A stretch of 64,000 bases of DNA, from positions 24,366,001-24,430,000 of the forward strand of contig NC_059425.1 of assembly GCF_021028975.2 (NCBI RefSeq), written 5' to 3'. The notes under the pieces are model-generated. The model worked only from the letters and a program-made list of their open reading frames with translations, did not search any database and was not told the origin of the DNA. This stretch comes from Sphaerodactylus townsendi. Its lineage: Eukaryota. Below, in pieces: positions 12,025-25,557 of the stretch. The position numbers were made by a program, and so were the translations under genes. The stretch's first letter is position 1, and each line of letters starts with the position of its first letter.

Positions 12025-13414
12025 CCCGGAAACTCTCACACAGCTACAGAGATCCAACTGTTTCTGCCTGAAGGCTGTGTTTTCATCTGTGTGTGTGGGG
12101 CAAAACCCCACAGGTATCCAGCTCCAGTTTTTGAACTGTCCTGTAGCAAGCCAGTCAATAAAACATTCCTCAGAACAATTATTATTGTTGCTATGTCATC
12201 TTCTCCTCGATCCTGCAGCCTATTCCTTCTGCTGAGCCAGATGCTTTGAAGCAATTACCCTAAAAGACAAAAGATAGGACCACATCAATCACTCTAGCAA
12301 AGAGACCGTGGTAAAAACAAACAAACAACTTTAAAGAGATTAATGACATTACTCATAGGCCCACTTCTCTGAACAGCCATTTCCTGAAACACAACACACA
12401 CCACCACCTACTTACAGGGGTGTGTGTGAATCTTCATGAATACTGAAATATTATTTATCTGGGAACACTGTATTTAATACACTTCTCAGACCAGAAATGG
12501 TACATAGTTTTTTTTAGGATGATAGGTAAGAAATGGTACACAATTTTTAAAATGATATAAAGGCATTTAAGAATACTATCACCTACAAGTACTGATGCAA
12601 TGTCACTGAGAGAATCAGAGAAACATGGGCAGTAAAATGTGGATCACTAGCAAGCAGGGAGACCAAGCAGGGAGTCTTTAGCATAGAGAACATCCTTTGA
12701 CTTATTTGGTGGAAGCTGAGGGGGGTGTCTGTTCCTCCTGTTGGAGCGGCTCCCTCTGGACCAGAAGAGATCCCTGAGGTTTAATAATAGGTGGTTGAGG
12801 TTTCTTTTGTTTGCAAAATAGTTTCCTTTGGCTATCTGTTGCTTGGGATTTTACACACCCTTTAAATATGGCTGGAAGGGAGATCTCAGATGAGTCACTC
12901 TCCATCTTCCTGTCACTGGGGAAAAAATCAGAACAATGTATTTGTGTCTTCCTGCATGTCAGGGTTGAGGAGCTGGACTTCCATATCACTGTCCACTCTA
13001 GATGCCAGAGCTACAAGCTTCCCAGTCCCCACATGAGGAGAAGAGGGGCTGCCATTCAAATTATCAGTATTATTATTATTATTATTTATTTAATTTGTAT
13101 ACCGCCCGATCCCCGAAGGGGAAGTATAAGGTCACCCTTGTAACCTGGAATGTGGTGGGTGGGTTGTGTCTATCAGAGGTGTTTGTTTTACTGACTTTTC
13201 CCCCCAACATGATATCCTACAGATTCAGAAAACATGGACTGTGGACGATCTGTCACTAAATGGATTCCGCTCATTCTCAGCTGGGGCAGAACCAGAGAAG
13301 AAGCATGGAAGAACAGGAGGAGGTCTGGGGGTTTTAGTCTCTACTACTTTCTGTGCCATATCAAGGCCACTTCTCCCATTTACAACATATGTCATGGCGG
13401 TGTTAATTCAATTT

Positions 13415-14938
13415 AATAGAATAGAATAGAATAGAATAGAATAGAATAGAATAGAATAGAATAGAATAGAATCGAATCTTTATTGGCCAAGTGTGATTGG
13501 ACACACAAGGAATTTGTCTCCGGTGCATATGCTCTCAGTGTACATAAAAGAAAAATACATTTGTCAAGAATCATAAGGTACAGCACTGAATGATTGTCAT
13601 ATAGGTCTAGTAAGCAATCAGGAAACAATCAATAGTAATAAAAACATAAAATGTAAAATCATAAAATAAAATGAAATGTCAGCACAGGCTATAGTCATAC
13701 AGTCATAATTGGGAGGAGATGGGTAATAGGAATGATGAAAAAAGTAGTGCAGTAATTATATAATAAATATATAATAAATAGATTTGACATTATCCAGGGA
13801 AGTTATTTTGTTTAACAGAGTGATGGCATTCGGGAAAAAAAACTGTTCTTATGTCTAGTTGTCTTGGGTGTGCAGTGCTCTGTGAAGCCGCATCGTTTAG
13901 AGGGTAAGGTGAGTTGGAAACAGTTTATGTCCAGGGATGCGAGGGGTCAGTAAATATTTTCACAGCCCTTTTTTTGACCCGTGCAATTATAGCAAGGTCC
14001 TCAATGGAAGGCAGGTTAAAGGCAGCAATTGTTTTTTTCTTGCAGTTCTGATTATTCTCTGAGAGTCTGTGTCGATCTTGTTGGGTTGCAGAACCAAACC
14101 ACACAGTTATAGAGGTGCAGATAACAGACTCCAATGATTCCCTCTTGTAGAACTATATCAGCAGCTCCTTGAGCTAAGTTTGAGCTTTTTTCTGAGTTGG
14201 CGCAGAAAGAACATTTTCCTTTGTTGTGCTTTTTTAATGACATTTTTTTGATATTAGTCTGTCCATTTTAGGTCATCGCGAGATATGATGGAGCCTAGAA
14301 ATTTAAAGGGTCTCTACTCGTTGATACTGTGTATGTCTAGTATTGTGGAGAGGAGGTAGGATGGGAGGGTTTCTCCTGGAAATCTACCAACACCATTTTC
14401 TACGGTTTTAAAGTGTCATCATTGTTCAGTTCTAGATTGTTCCATAGTTGGCACCCATCGAGGGGCTAGTTGTTCAACCTCCACGTCTGTATCTGCGGTT
14501 TCATCAAGTTGTTCGAATGAGCATCCACAACAATCACTGTTGTATCATCTGCAAATTTCAGTATTTTACAACCAGATGGATCATTTGAGATGCAGTCATT
14601 GGTATACAGAGAGAAGAGAAGTGGGTGAAAGATACATCACAACCTTGGGGGGCCCCTGTGCTCATTTTACAGGTGTCTGATGTAATTTTTCCTAGCTTCA
14701 CCTGCTGTTTCCTATCTGTTAGGAAGCTTGTGATCCACTTACAAATATGCTCAGGTACTGCTAGCTGATTTAGTTTGGTTAGAAGAATGTCCGGTCTGAT
14801 AGTATTGAATGCTGAACTAAAGTCAACAAAGAGGACCCTTGCATAGGTCTTTGGCGATTCAAGATGCTGTAGGATATAGTGCAAAGCCATATTAACAGCA
14901 TCATCTGTCGATCTATTTGCTCGGTATGCAAATTGCAT
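13415..14938 (-). mobile_element. 5'-truncated Rex1/Babar-type LINE with (TTCTA)n tail
   Basis: RT peptide QFAYRANRSTDDAVNMALHYILQHLESPKTYARVLFVDFSSAFNTI...GAPQGC; ESVICTSITVWFGSAT; pentamer tail 13415-13473. Confidence 0.85.
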
Positions 14939-15067
14939 ACAAGCTAAGAGGATGAACTGTGATCCAGGAAGTCCAAATCATACCCTGTTACTATGTGGCT
15001 AGAAGTATAACAATACTGACCAGCCTAACAGGGCTGCCATAAAGGCTACCACAAAATGATGAAACAT
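14939..15067. repeat. Exact 129-bp duplicate of 17869-17997
   Basis: Base-for-base identity, same orientation, 2930 bp apart. Confidence 0.95.
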
Positions 15068-18000
15068 CATGCCCTGCTGGTAACAAATGCTTATGTGCCC
15101 CCAGTGAAACAGAAATTTCAAGTCAGACTTGTGGACTCAATTAGAAACAAATGCTGCTGGCTGCTGAACCCAAATGCGTTTGTAGTATTGGGGGGGGGGG
15201 GAGGGGGGACCTTAATGCTAGGTTGTGCCCCAATGATGATGCCCTCTATGCAAAGTATAAAAGTCCCCCACCCAACCTTGAAGTCAATGGATTTCTCCTC
15301 AACGGCTGCTCAAAAGATCACAACTCAAATTTTGAAGATTCTGTTTGACTGTTGGCCTTTAGGTCAAATCTCCACATATTAAATGGTGCCCTTGAAAGGC
15401 ACCATGCAGCTGAGTTCACCTATCTATCTAGGGCCAGAGCGAGTATGACTGACTACATCATTATAACTGGGACCTTTTTCCTTACGTTAAGGCCCTAGAG
15501 GTCATATCTAGGTTTAAGAGTGACCACCTCCAATTAAACTCCTTCTCCTAAAAGACGCATATTGAGGATCACCACCAATCCTCTTCAATGCCAGCTGGAA
15601 GACCTTCTTGCTGAGCCAGATGGACCCCTCTTCGAAATAAAAAAAACTGAAATATTGAATATAGATTATTTACAATTCCTCCCATCTGCCCTGATACCAG
15701 CTGAATCCCCTAGTGAACTCTTGAAGAATTGCATCTTAACCCAAGAACTAAACCGACATCTAGCTTGTGACGGCAGCGCTGCCCTGAGACAACAACAACA
15801 CTCTAAGGCTTAGCCGTGGGTTGACAAGGACTGTATCAATGCCAAGAAGGTTCTTGACATCTCATATCATGCTTATGTATACAACAATACTCCAATTGCC
15901 GTCCTGGATCTCTTACACCAGAAGAGACGTTATAAACAGATGCTAGCATGCAAAAAAAGAAAGAAAGAAAGAGGAAGATGAAAAGAAAAAAGGAAGCTAC
16001 GAAAAACATCTCCGAAAATACCAACCACAGATGCAGGCGAAAGGTCAGGAGAAAATATTACAGGAACCCGACCATACAGCTCGGAAAACCCACAACATCC
16101 TAGTGATTCTGGCCATGAAAGCCTTCAACAATACAATGAAAAACACTCGGTCACAACTCATTCAGGGAGGCAATTGCAACAATTGAGCCCTGTTTTGGCG
16201 TATCATTTCTGCCATATCCCGCCAGGTATTTGGAAAGCTTACTTCCAGGATTTTATGTGGGCACCTCTGATTTTAGCTAGATATAAATATAGAAAACTTC
16301 CCAAGGTGGGTACCTGTGAAAGGGTCAAAGATTAACAGCCGCATCCGGGGGGTGGTGGTGGTGGTGGTAATCTGGCATTGGAAGTGATGCAGGCCTAAAA
16401 CAGTAGATTTGCCCACCCCAGGGCACTTGCCCTGGCAGAGGGATAGATCTACTGGTGGGTGGCCACCGCAGCCCACCAAAATGGCCAGATGCAGCAGTTT
16501 ACACCACACCAGTGTTCCTGCATCTCCGTTGCCTGCGCCGGTGTCACAGAGGCGTTCTGGAGGCATGGCCAGGGGTGGAGCTGACAGTAGTGGGCTTCCA
16601 CCCCAGGTTCACCACCAGAAACACCAACGACCAGCTCCTGGATTTACGCCACCATTTTGGTGGTGTAATTCCATGAGAGTCCTAGGGAGGGCTTTCCGGT
16701 AGTGGTTATTTTATTTCGCCATCTTGGTTCCCTGCACTGCTGGAAAGCCCTCATGGGAACAGCATGGTGGGGCAGCTGTGACACTGCCTTCAGGCGCCTG
16801 GCCACGTGGATGGGGCTGCTCGAGTCTTATAGCCCAACTAAAACTGGGGAAGGCACCAGGGAGGATTTTATTCTCTCAGAGGCCACTAAAAATAATTTGG
16901 ATTTTTGGGCACCCATCCTCACTTGCTCTTTACCTGCATTGATACCCATAGACATATCCCCAGTGATTGGGGGCTTGCAATTATTGTCCCAATATACAAA
17001 AAAGGAAGGAAGAATGATACCCGTTCACAAATATTTCAGGACCAAACTAATTTGCTCTGAAGACATGCATTATTAGCATGAACCCGATTACAAATACGAG
17101 AATAGTTGAACAGTATGCCTAATTTCTCATACTGCAGTTACCACAGAGGCAGCATTTTATTGAGCGATGTTAAGAACATATTTCAAATAGACGATGGTGA
17201 AAAAAGTTGCTGCAGTCATTTCTATATTTCCTTTAGTGTATGTAGCTAAATCAATGGACACTTCCTTTTAGAACATGACCATTGATCTAATATATTTTTA
17301 TCCTTTCTCTAAAGACATCAGGGAGGTGTATGCAGCTCTCACTTCCCCAGGTTATCCTTGAGACAATCCTGTAAGGTAGATCAGGCTGAGACTAGCTCAA
17401 AGCCAACTAGCAAGCTTTATGTCACAAAGGAAATTTGAATCTGGATTTTCCAACATCCGGCACTCAACCACAGCTGCACATTAATCTAACCACAGCATCA
17501 CATACCAGAGAATACAGGTGCTACTTCTCAGCAGTGGGAGAAGCTGTATCTGGTAATATACTGTCGAAGACTTTCACGTGCCTTCCTCATCCTAGGATTT
17601 TTAGGAGGCAAATGTTACCTGACATACTGGCTGTTGTGGGTCTTTCAGGCTTCTATCAGAGAGAAACATATTTTACCATGACATGCTTCTGAAGGTGTCA
17701 GCCATAAATGCGGGCAAAACATTAGGAGCAAAAATTACCAGACCATGGCCACAAAGCCCAGAATATTAATTACAGCCAGGCAACAGTTGCCTCCTGAAAA
17801 TCCTAGGATGAGAGAGGCACAGGAGGCCTATTCTAGGAGGGACTCTAGTAGCCCAAACCCCATCAGCCACAAGCTAAGAGGATGAACTGTGATCCAGGAA
17901 GTCCAAATCATACCCTGTTACTATGTGGCTAGAAGTATAACAATACTGACCAGCCTAACAGGGCTGCCATAAAGGCTACCACAAAATGATGAAACATTAA

Positions 18001-18646
18001 ATCTGAATTGGCATATCCATATAAATAATATTAACAGTACAAATGGTACACACACATTACAGACCTATAAAGGTGTCTTCTACTAAGTCAGGTCCTTGGA
18101 TCGATCAAGGTCAGTGTTTTCTTTCCAATTACCAGAACTCTGCAGGGTCCGAAGCGGAGATCTTTTCACCCCACACACTACCTGAAAGTGCCACGGACTG
18201 ATTATGATACCTACCTGCATGCAAAGCAAATGCTCTACCACTGACCCATACTCCCTGCTATAATATAGTAATAATAACAGGTAGTAGGTAATAACAATAA
18301 CAGGCAATATAGTAACAATAACAGGTAGTGTTGTAGGCAAGCAACTATCCTATAGCATGCATTCTGTACATCCAAGTACTCCATTAGATGTCATTCATTG
18401 AAGCCAAATGAGATTACTCCAACAACATAGTATAGTTGGTATTATTATGACTGCCTACTAAGGCTACAAAGGGGACTAGCAAGGAACTCAGCTGCCAGCT
18501 TTGAAAGGGGCAGAGGCAAGGGGGAGTCGGCCCACAAGGCTCCCTTCGGAGCCTCTTCCCACGAACTGAGAGGGGAGCAGATCAAGACCTCGCACAGGGA
18601 CCTTCTGCGCTCCTGCCAGACTTGGCCTCGGCCGGGGGCCACTCAC

Positions 18647-18960
18647 CCTCCAACGGCTGAACCGCCAACCTCTACCGGGAAGGCCACCTGCCAAGCAGCC
18701 AGCCTGCCTGCCTACCGGGCTCCCACTTGATTGGCAGCGAGCCTCCGCTTGCAAACAGAGCCCCTGACAACAAACCTCACGATTGGCTCCTGCAGGGCCC
18801 ACTCATAGCCGCTCGCTTCGCCTTCCGGTTCGCCTCTCTCATGAGAAACGCCTTTTCCGGGCGCTGTCCGCAATCTAGCCCCGCCTCCTCGAGGCAGAGT
18901 GACTAATCGGCTGAAAGGGCAGTTGTTGCCTTAACAACCGTCGTCTCCGCACGCCGTGGA
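18647..18960 (-). promoter_or_regulatory. KATNB1: KATNB1 CpG-rich promoter and non-coding first exon
   Basis: GTGAGT donor at 18641-18646, CpG-rich, ETS-type CCGGAA motifs, CCAAT and GC boxes, X-box-like GTTGCCTTAACAAC at 18925-18938. Confidence 0.7.
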
Positions 18961-19059
18961 GGTGTGCATGGTCCTGCCTTATGCAGAGTTCAATGCAAAC
19001 CGATGGGTGTAGACCCGGGTGACAGATTTCCCGCTGCCCCCAGACTGGGGATTCCTTTA

Positions 19060-19201
19060 AGGTCCCTTCTGCAAATGCAGAATAATCCACTTTCAATGCA
19101 CTTTGGAGCTGGATTTTACTGTGCGGAATAGCAAAATCCACTTGCAAACAATCGTGAAAGTGGATTGAAAGTGCATTATTCTGCGTGTGCGGAAGGGGCC
19201 T
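19060..19201. mobile_element. Palindromic Harbinger-like MITE
   Basis: GGCCCCTTCCGCACATGCAGAATAATGCACTTTCAA-type ends; copies at 26770-26931 and 31903-32037. Confidence 0.7.
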
Positions 19202-21779
19202 AAATGTAAACCAACTGGTCTCTTATCTGTACCATCTGAATGCCCCTAACCAACGCACAGCATTTTCTCTTGCCAGGTGTAATGTTCTGCCATCAGTGAT
19301 CTGATCTGGAGGTTTAAAAAAAATCCCATATTACACTCTGTCCCTGTAGGATGAATTGTGCAGAATCACATGTTTTCTTTTATTGTCCCTTGAATCCATT
19401 TGGACCAACTGACGAAAGTCTCTATTGGCTAATCTAACAAAAATTCTCCAATACTGTCCTTCTTTCTGAAGAATGGCGATTCTGAAATTGTTGCAAAATG
19501 TTTATATCATGCCATAGGGTTGTGTTTGCATATGGTTGCAGCATGAGCCATCATGTATCTCTTATCCACCCTACTCACCCCCATCCCCACCAGTGACCAA
19601 GGAGGACATTGTTGGACAAAGTTAAGCTTGAGGGTGTATAAAAGAAATGAAATGTTTTCATGGGCCATCCCTGCTTCACCTTTGTTGCTGTCTTCTGCAT
19701 TATATTTTAGATAGTCAGCAGCTCAGGACAAGGACTAGTTTGCTAAGCACCATGAGCACTGACATAGCATTATAATCCAGTGTTGTCATCGCCATGTTTC
19801 TGACTGGAACTATAAGAGAGTGGCTTAAAAAGCCATGGCATGAATTTCGCTGTGAGTTTCCTCACAATGTAGGATGGGGCTAGAGGAGGGTAGTGTATGT
19901 TGCCCAGCCATGCAGCATCACTATTCATTTATTTTATTATTATTTATATTTATATACCGCCCTCCCCAAAGGCTCAGGACGGTGATTTAGAATCATCTTA
20001 CTTGTAGATCCCTGGCAGTATCACCAACCGGTTTCTCAAGCACACAAAATGTTGTGTTGGGAATCATTTCTTCATGGGCAGTGTCATGATCAGCCCATTT
20101 CTGGTCTGATCCTGGCATGTATCCTGACCAGGACTCCCTTTGAATTACTGTGGTTGTACTTTCTCACCCGCTTTGCTTTTGATTCCTAGGCAAAGCTTTA
20201 TCAGCTCATTAGACACCTGCTGCTGTTATTCTTGCAGTAGTGTGGAATGTGGTTGTTTTGACCCCGGAAGAGACTGCATTGTCTCTGGACTGTGGGACTG
20301 GTGACATTCCCCCATGGGAACTGGTAGTCAGAGGTGGTGTTGTGTGATGTGGGGGCATGGTGGGGTATAATGGAGGGAGCTTTTTTGCTTATGCTTTAGT
20401 TCTGGCAATAGAAGTCTAAATGCTTATTCCTGATACTGTTTCATAATAAAGAAATCATCTGAACACAGAGTCTTGTTACTGAACAGTCCAGGGGCACAAC
20501 AGGCAGTTAGCTCTCCAGGAGACCCCCACCCAGACCCAATGCTCTCCTCTGTTGCACTGAACGCCGGCCCAATGAATGTGCCTCCTTCCAGTGAATTAGC
20601 CATAGCCACAAATGCCTCACAACCAGGGCTGGATCTACAGTTTTTTTTGAAGAGGGGCAAAAGTAAAAGATGACACTCCATACCTATTTTTTTCTTTATA
20701 TACAAATATAATCAACATTTATAACATACATATATCACAACTCTTTTAAACAATTGTTGACTTCTGTGAACCGTTAATGAATAATTACACTCTTGCATTA
20801 TCTTATCCAGCTATTATGTGTGAATTCTTCCTTGAATTCCTGTTATTATCAGGAGCCAAGGGAATTCATAGACATGTACGTTACATGGCAGGAAGACAGA
20901 CTTACGAACCCAGGAGCATGATGGGAGCCATTCCATGGCAAGAATGCTGGAAGGGAGAGGAGCAAGTAAAGGGTGGTCTCTCCTAAAACAAGCTCAAGTT
21001 GTCAGTATTCCAGTAAGATGGATATGTGGTAGAGAATTCATTATGACGGAGGAAATTTAAACTCCCATGAAGGGAACCCACTATCCAAATAAAGAGAAAA
21101 GATTCAAAGTCTTTTCTAAAATATATATATTTTACAGAGGTAGACAACACACACAAAAAAGAAAAGAAACCCCAAATCTAACCTCTCTCCTCCACTATAA
21201 TAATAAAACACATTTCAATACACAACATAAATATATGGTGACTTCCAGCATTATGGATCCAAACTCAAATCTAATTTTATGCTTATAGTTGGTATCAGCA
21301 TTTCCTCCGCTTTTAATCTTTTTTGTAAAACATTTTAGTCCAATCTGTTTTCATTTAAATCTCAAATCCTGCAATTATTTCCTCTATTTGTGTATGTTTT
21401 CTGCAAAAGGTAGAAAAGATTCAGTCTTTATTCTCAGCCTTTATGCCCTGTTGTTGAACCTCCTTAGGAAATGTTTGGCCACTGCGTGAGATAGGATGTG
21501 GACTAAATGGACCAATGGTCTGATCCAGCAGGGCTCTTATGTTCACATTTCTTATGTTAATTAAAATGGCATGTAGACCCAGCTTTTTTCCCCATTTCCT
21601 AATTGTCTTCCAAAATATAGCGGCAGAATCCCAGAGTTGATCTGGAAGGCTCAGGATCAAATCACTACTTTGCCACGGAAGCTTTCTAGGTGACCTTGAG
21701 CCAGTAGATCTCCGCCCAGAGGAGCTTAACATTTGACAAAGGGAAAGCTGTGGATTAATTCCAGTTAGGCTTAGTTTCA

Positions 21780-22255
21780 TTAAGGAATTGTTTGTGCAAA
21801 AGGTTTCATGGGGAAAAAAGGGTTCCTCCAGAAGGGTCTGAAGGAAGTAATAGAGGAGAAATTGCACAGGGAAGCAGTTCTAGGCATAAGTAGCAGGAAG
21901 GGAGAAAGAGAGTAGATATATGAAGGAGAGCTTCAGTTGGCTAAGGGTCACAAACTGAGAGTAGGGAGACGGAGGGCAAGCCCATAGAGAGCTTTGAAGA
22001 CAAGGATGAGGCACTAGGCAACCAATGAAAAGATTTAAGGAATGGCACATGATCAGAACTAGAAGAGTAATGAATGATTTCCATAGCAGACTGCTGGCTA
22101 GACGGGAATGAGATGAGGATGCCAAAGAATAGGAGTTTGCAAAAGTCAAGTAAGGGATGACCAAAGGATGAATTTGTTTTCATCAAGCCAGGGAAAGGAA
22201 GGAACCAAAGATGCAGGATTGTTTGGCAGGACAAAGTTCAGAGGCAGCAAGGTGT
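21780..22255 (-). mobile_element. L2 LINE remnant
   Basis: DHVPFLKSFHWLP motif typical of the L2 ORF2 C-terminus. Confidence 0.6.
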
Positions 22256-24961
22256 CCACTAGAAAATTATTCCCTATTCACAGATTATATAAGATCAGGA
22301 TTTTGAGCTCCATTGATCTTTACTACTGACCTGTATTTTGACAATGGCCAAGGTGTTTAGATACTGAAAATGTGTTTGCAAGATCTAACTGCACCATCTG
22401 TCATAGTATGCATGTCTCTGTATGCATACGCAATATCCTCAGTGTAAATGAGCAAAGAAGAGACGTGTATCTGGGAGTGGTGCACATTTCCCGCAACCTG
22501 TAGCAATGGGGATGAATGACCACAGGAAACTTTGGATGCACAGAGCCAAAGGTTAAAGAAGTGAAATATACAAGAATGTAAAATGTTTGTGTTGCTTTCT
22601 AAGGCCAAGTTGAATTTGGAGTCCGTGCAGGTAGAGGCAAGAGGTCAGGAACCATTTTATGAATACCACAAAAATACATCCAACAGTATTGATTTTTTAA
22701 AATTCAACTTCAAACAGGAATGTGGAACAGTCTATCATTAGAAATACTTTTCTTGTTTTAGGTTGGGGAAGGGGGAAATAGAATCTATAGAAGGGCAAAG
22801 AGATTTGACACATACAGCTTGAGAAAGTCGCTCCTACTATATTTCTTTCTCTTGCCTTATTTCTTCATCCATTGTTTTAAGGGGGACTAGCTGTTATTCC
22901 AGTTGCTTTTTGCAGACCTACCTATTTAAGCAGAAGTTTCTTCTAGCCTGCCTGCCCTCACCTATTGTTATTGCTAAGGATAGGGCTTTTCTGCCTGTTT
23001 TTTCACATCAGTTTTGTCCCCATATTGCTTTGGTTTATCCTGATTTCTGCGTGCCTTTTTGTGCCTTCAGTTTTGGCTTATTTGAGAGGGTTCGGGAGGG
23101 GGGGGGTTATTTTGAGGCCATTTTTATCATGATCATTTTTTGGAACCAGATTTTGAGTCATCTTTTCTTCCTGCATAATGTTTCTGTGGTTGTCCATGTA
23201 TTGTCAAACGGTTGCATTGCCAGAACCAACTGGCTTTTGTGGGGTTTCCACGCTGTGTGACTGTGGTCCTATAGTTTTTTGCTCCTAACCTTTCACCCAC
23301 GCTTATGGTTAGCATCTTCAGAAGCATGTCATGATAAGGGCATGATTTTGCCCTCTGCCAGGGCAAAATGTTAGGAGCGAAAATTACCATACCATGGCCA
23401 CACATGCCTCTGAAGATGCCAACCATAGATGTGGGTGAAACATTAGGAGCAATGGTCCCTCAGTACTTCCCAGTGCTGCACAGCAGTTCGAAAATGCTGC
23501 ATGAAACTGAGAGCTCCCCCTACTGGGCAGCCCCTTATCTGCACAGCACCAGTATGGTGGCCGCGCACATGCACAGCTTACAAGGAACATTGGTTGGGAG
23601 CTAAAACTACCAGACCATGGTCAAACGGCCCAGAAAATGAACAACAGCCAGTTTTTGGGGATTTCTTCGTTCCACCAACTCCCACCTACCCCCACTTTTT
23701 GGACAACTGGATTGTTGTGATCATCTGACCACCACCCCTCCTCCTCCACCCAGAAAATAAATGTTTTTTTTTTTTAAAGGCACTAGAATATTATTATGTA
23801 AAGGTTGTTAGCTGCCCTGAGCCTGGCTTGTGCAGGGAAAGGGCAGGATAGTAAATTGAATAAAAATAAATAAATATAAATACAGCAGTATGATAAGTTC
23901 AGCAGGTTCTCTAAATCCCCCACTTTAATTAAAAAAAAACCAGCAAGTCTCTAGCCCTTTCACTTGCGGAGGTATGCCTCATGAGGGAAGGAAGTAGAGA
24001 CTTAAAAAAATGAAATCTAGGGATTCAGAGAACCTGCTAAATCTATAATTACAATGCTGTATCAATATATAGGGGGGTGCTGTGTTGCCATAAATAACAA
24101 TAGCATGCTTCCTTGAAAAAAATCTTGATTATTTAAGGCACAGGTGGAAAAAATATACATTGAGGGCAGATATGTAGAAGAACCGTGCCCAAATGGATTC
24201 CACTGTTTTCAGAGCAGCTGTCAAGAAAATCAGGAGCCTCTAGACAAGATTTCCTACATCTGCTTGGAGCCATACTTTACTGCGAAGAGGCAATAGTTCT
24301 ATATATAGAGGAGAATGAGCACACTTTGGTAAAGAAAACAACTTTAAGTAATCTAGAAATGTCCACAGAAAATAAATCATATGAAGAAGAAGCTGCGTTT
24401 AGTTTAGGCATGCTCGCCATCCCCCCTTGACTGCTTTGAATTCCTGAAGTATAGCAGCAGATGGGCCTCAGTTCCCAAAAAAGAACCAGCGCAAATATAG
24501 AAAATGTGCAAATTTACTTTGCTACACAGTATGTTCCTACTATAAGCAAAGTCTCTGATTCCAGTAGAAAGGTATATCCCACGTCTGAGTGCGTGGGTCC
24601 TTCGAAGGAGGAAAGCTAAGAGTGCACCTTTATTTATATAGTCCTGGAAGGCGTCCTGCGCGGTTCCTTTTTCGCCATAAGGCCATGACAATATTCCCTT
24701 GACTTGAGGCAGCATGTGGTGGCAGTCCCGCCCGATCCTCCGGAATTGACCAGCATTAAAAGGAAGGGGTAGGTAGGCGCCCACACAACAAAGCACGTAA
24801 AACCAATCCCGGTGAGGTAAATGGCAATCTTTGTGCTTTCATTCGGGAGCCCGGCCGTTGTGTGGGCCTAGTCCAAACCGTCAGCAAAATGAAGCCTGCA
24901 CCACTCATGGAAGCAAAATAATGTATTCTCCCCTTTCATTTTTCCACCTGGGTAGAGACAA

Positions 24962-25557
24962 TCACTGATTGGGCGAAGTAATGGCGTAGCGAACAATGGC
25001 TCCCAAAGCATCGACACTGGTTTTGATTCCGAAGCGGATGCCCTCTGTGAATCCCCGAAGAGAGCCAGTTCCCCATTTCCCATCCACAAGCAGGTGGGAC
25101 GGCTTGTGCTCCAGGGGACCAGAGTCCTTGAACGATCCTTTCTGGAAGACGACACTTCCCTCCAGTATCGTCAAACCCTGTGCCTTGCACAGCGCCTCGG
25201 TTTCCTCGAGGCTGTCTATGGCCAGCAAGCAGGCCAGCCGATCCAAAGGGTAGCGGCAATTCTTGCTGCTGAAGCCGTGGCTGAAGGTAAGCAGGGCTAG
25301 ACGGCGGGCCCCTGCCACATGGGGATGGAGGGTGCAGCTTGGCAGGTAAGGCAGCTTCCGAGCTAGGTTGAAGCTGCCAAACGGCAAAAGCGGAGGTCGC
25401 AGTAGGCTGCTGATTGCCCGCGCTGTAGAAAGTCTTGTATAGGCTCGGATGCAATAGGAGCTGCAAAGATTCACGGCCTAAGAGCATCCGGGTAGTTCGC
25501 AGAGAGGAGACAAAAGTGGCTTTACCGATAACGGCATCGTCTTCAGTCTCCTGCAAC
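24962..25557 (-). CDS. SAC3D1: SAC3D1 exon 2 (5' part garbled, in-frame TAG at 25478-25480)
   Basis: LPYLPSCTLHPHVAGARRLAL...LLAIDSLEETEALCKAQGL...VVFQKG matches the SAC3D1 C-terminal half; the first ~200 nt do not translate to the expected peptide. Confidence 0.8.

Larger units (their letters stand above)
13130..15960 (+). mobile_element. Degraded APE-endonuclease LINE fragment, split by the Rex1 insertion (13130-13414 and 15068-15960)
   Basis: TWNV, GRTGGGLGVLV, NAYVPP, GDLNAR, DYII, SDHL motifs in order across frameshifts. Confidence 0.7.

Noticed and set aside
13415-13473. (ATAGA)n array as an independent repeat or CRISPR-like array
   Set aside because: It is the Rex1 LINE 3' tail; no spacers, and the DNA is eukaryotic
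13800-14640. Heavy frameshifting of the Rex1 RT as a sign of great age
   Set aside because: Indels are clustered and insertion-biased while the flanks are clean; more consistent with noisy consensus
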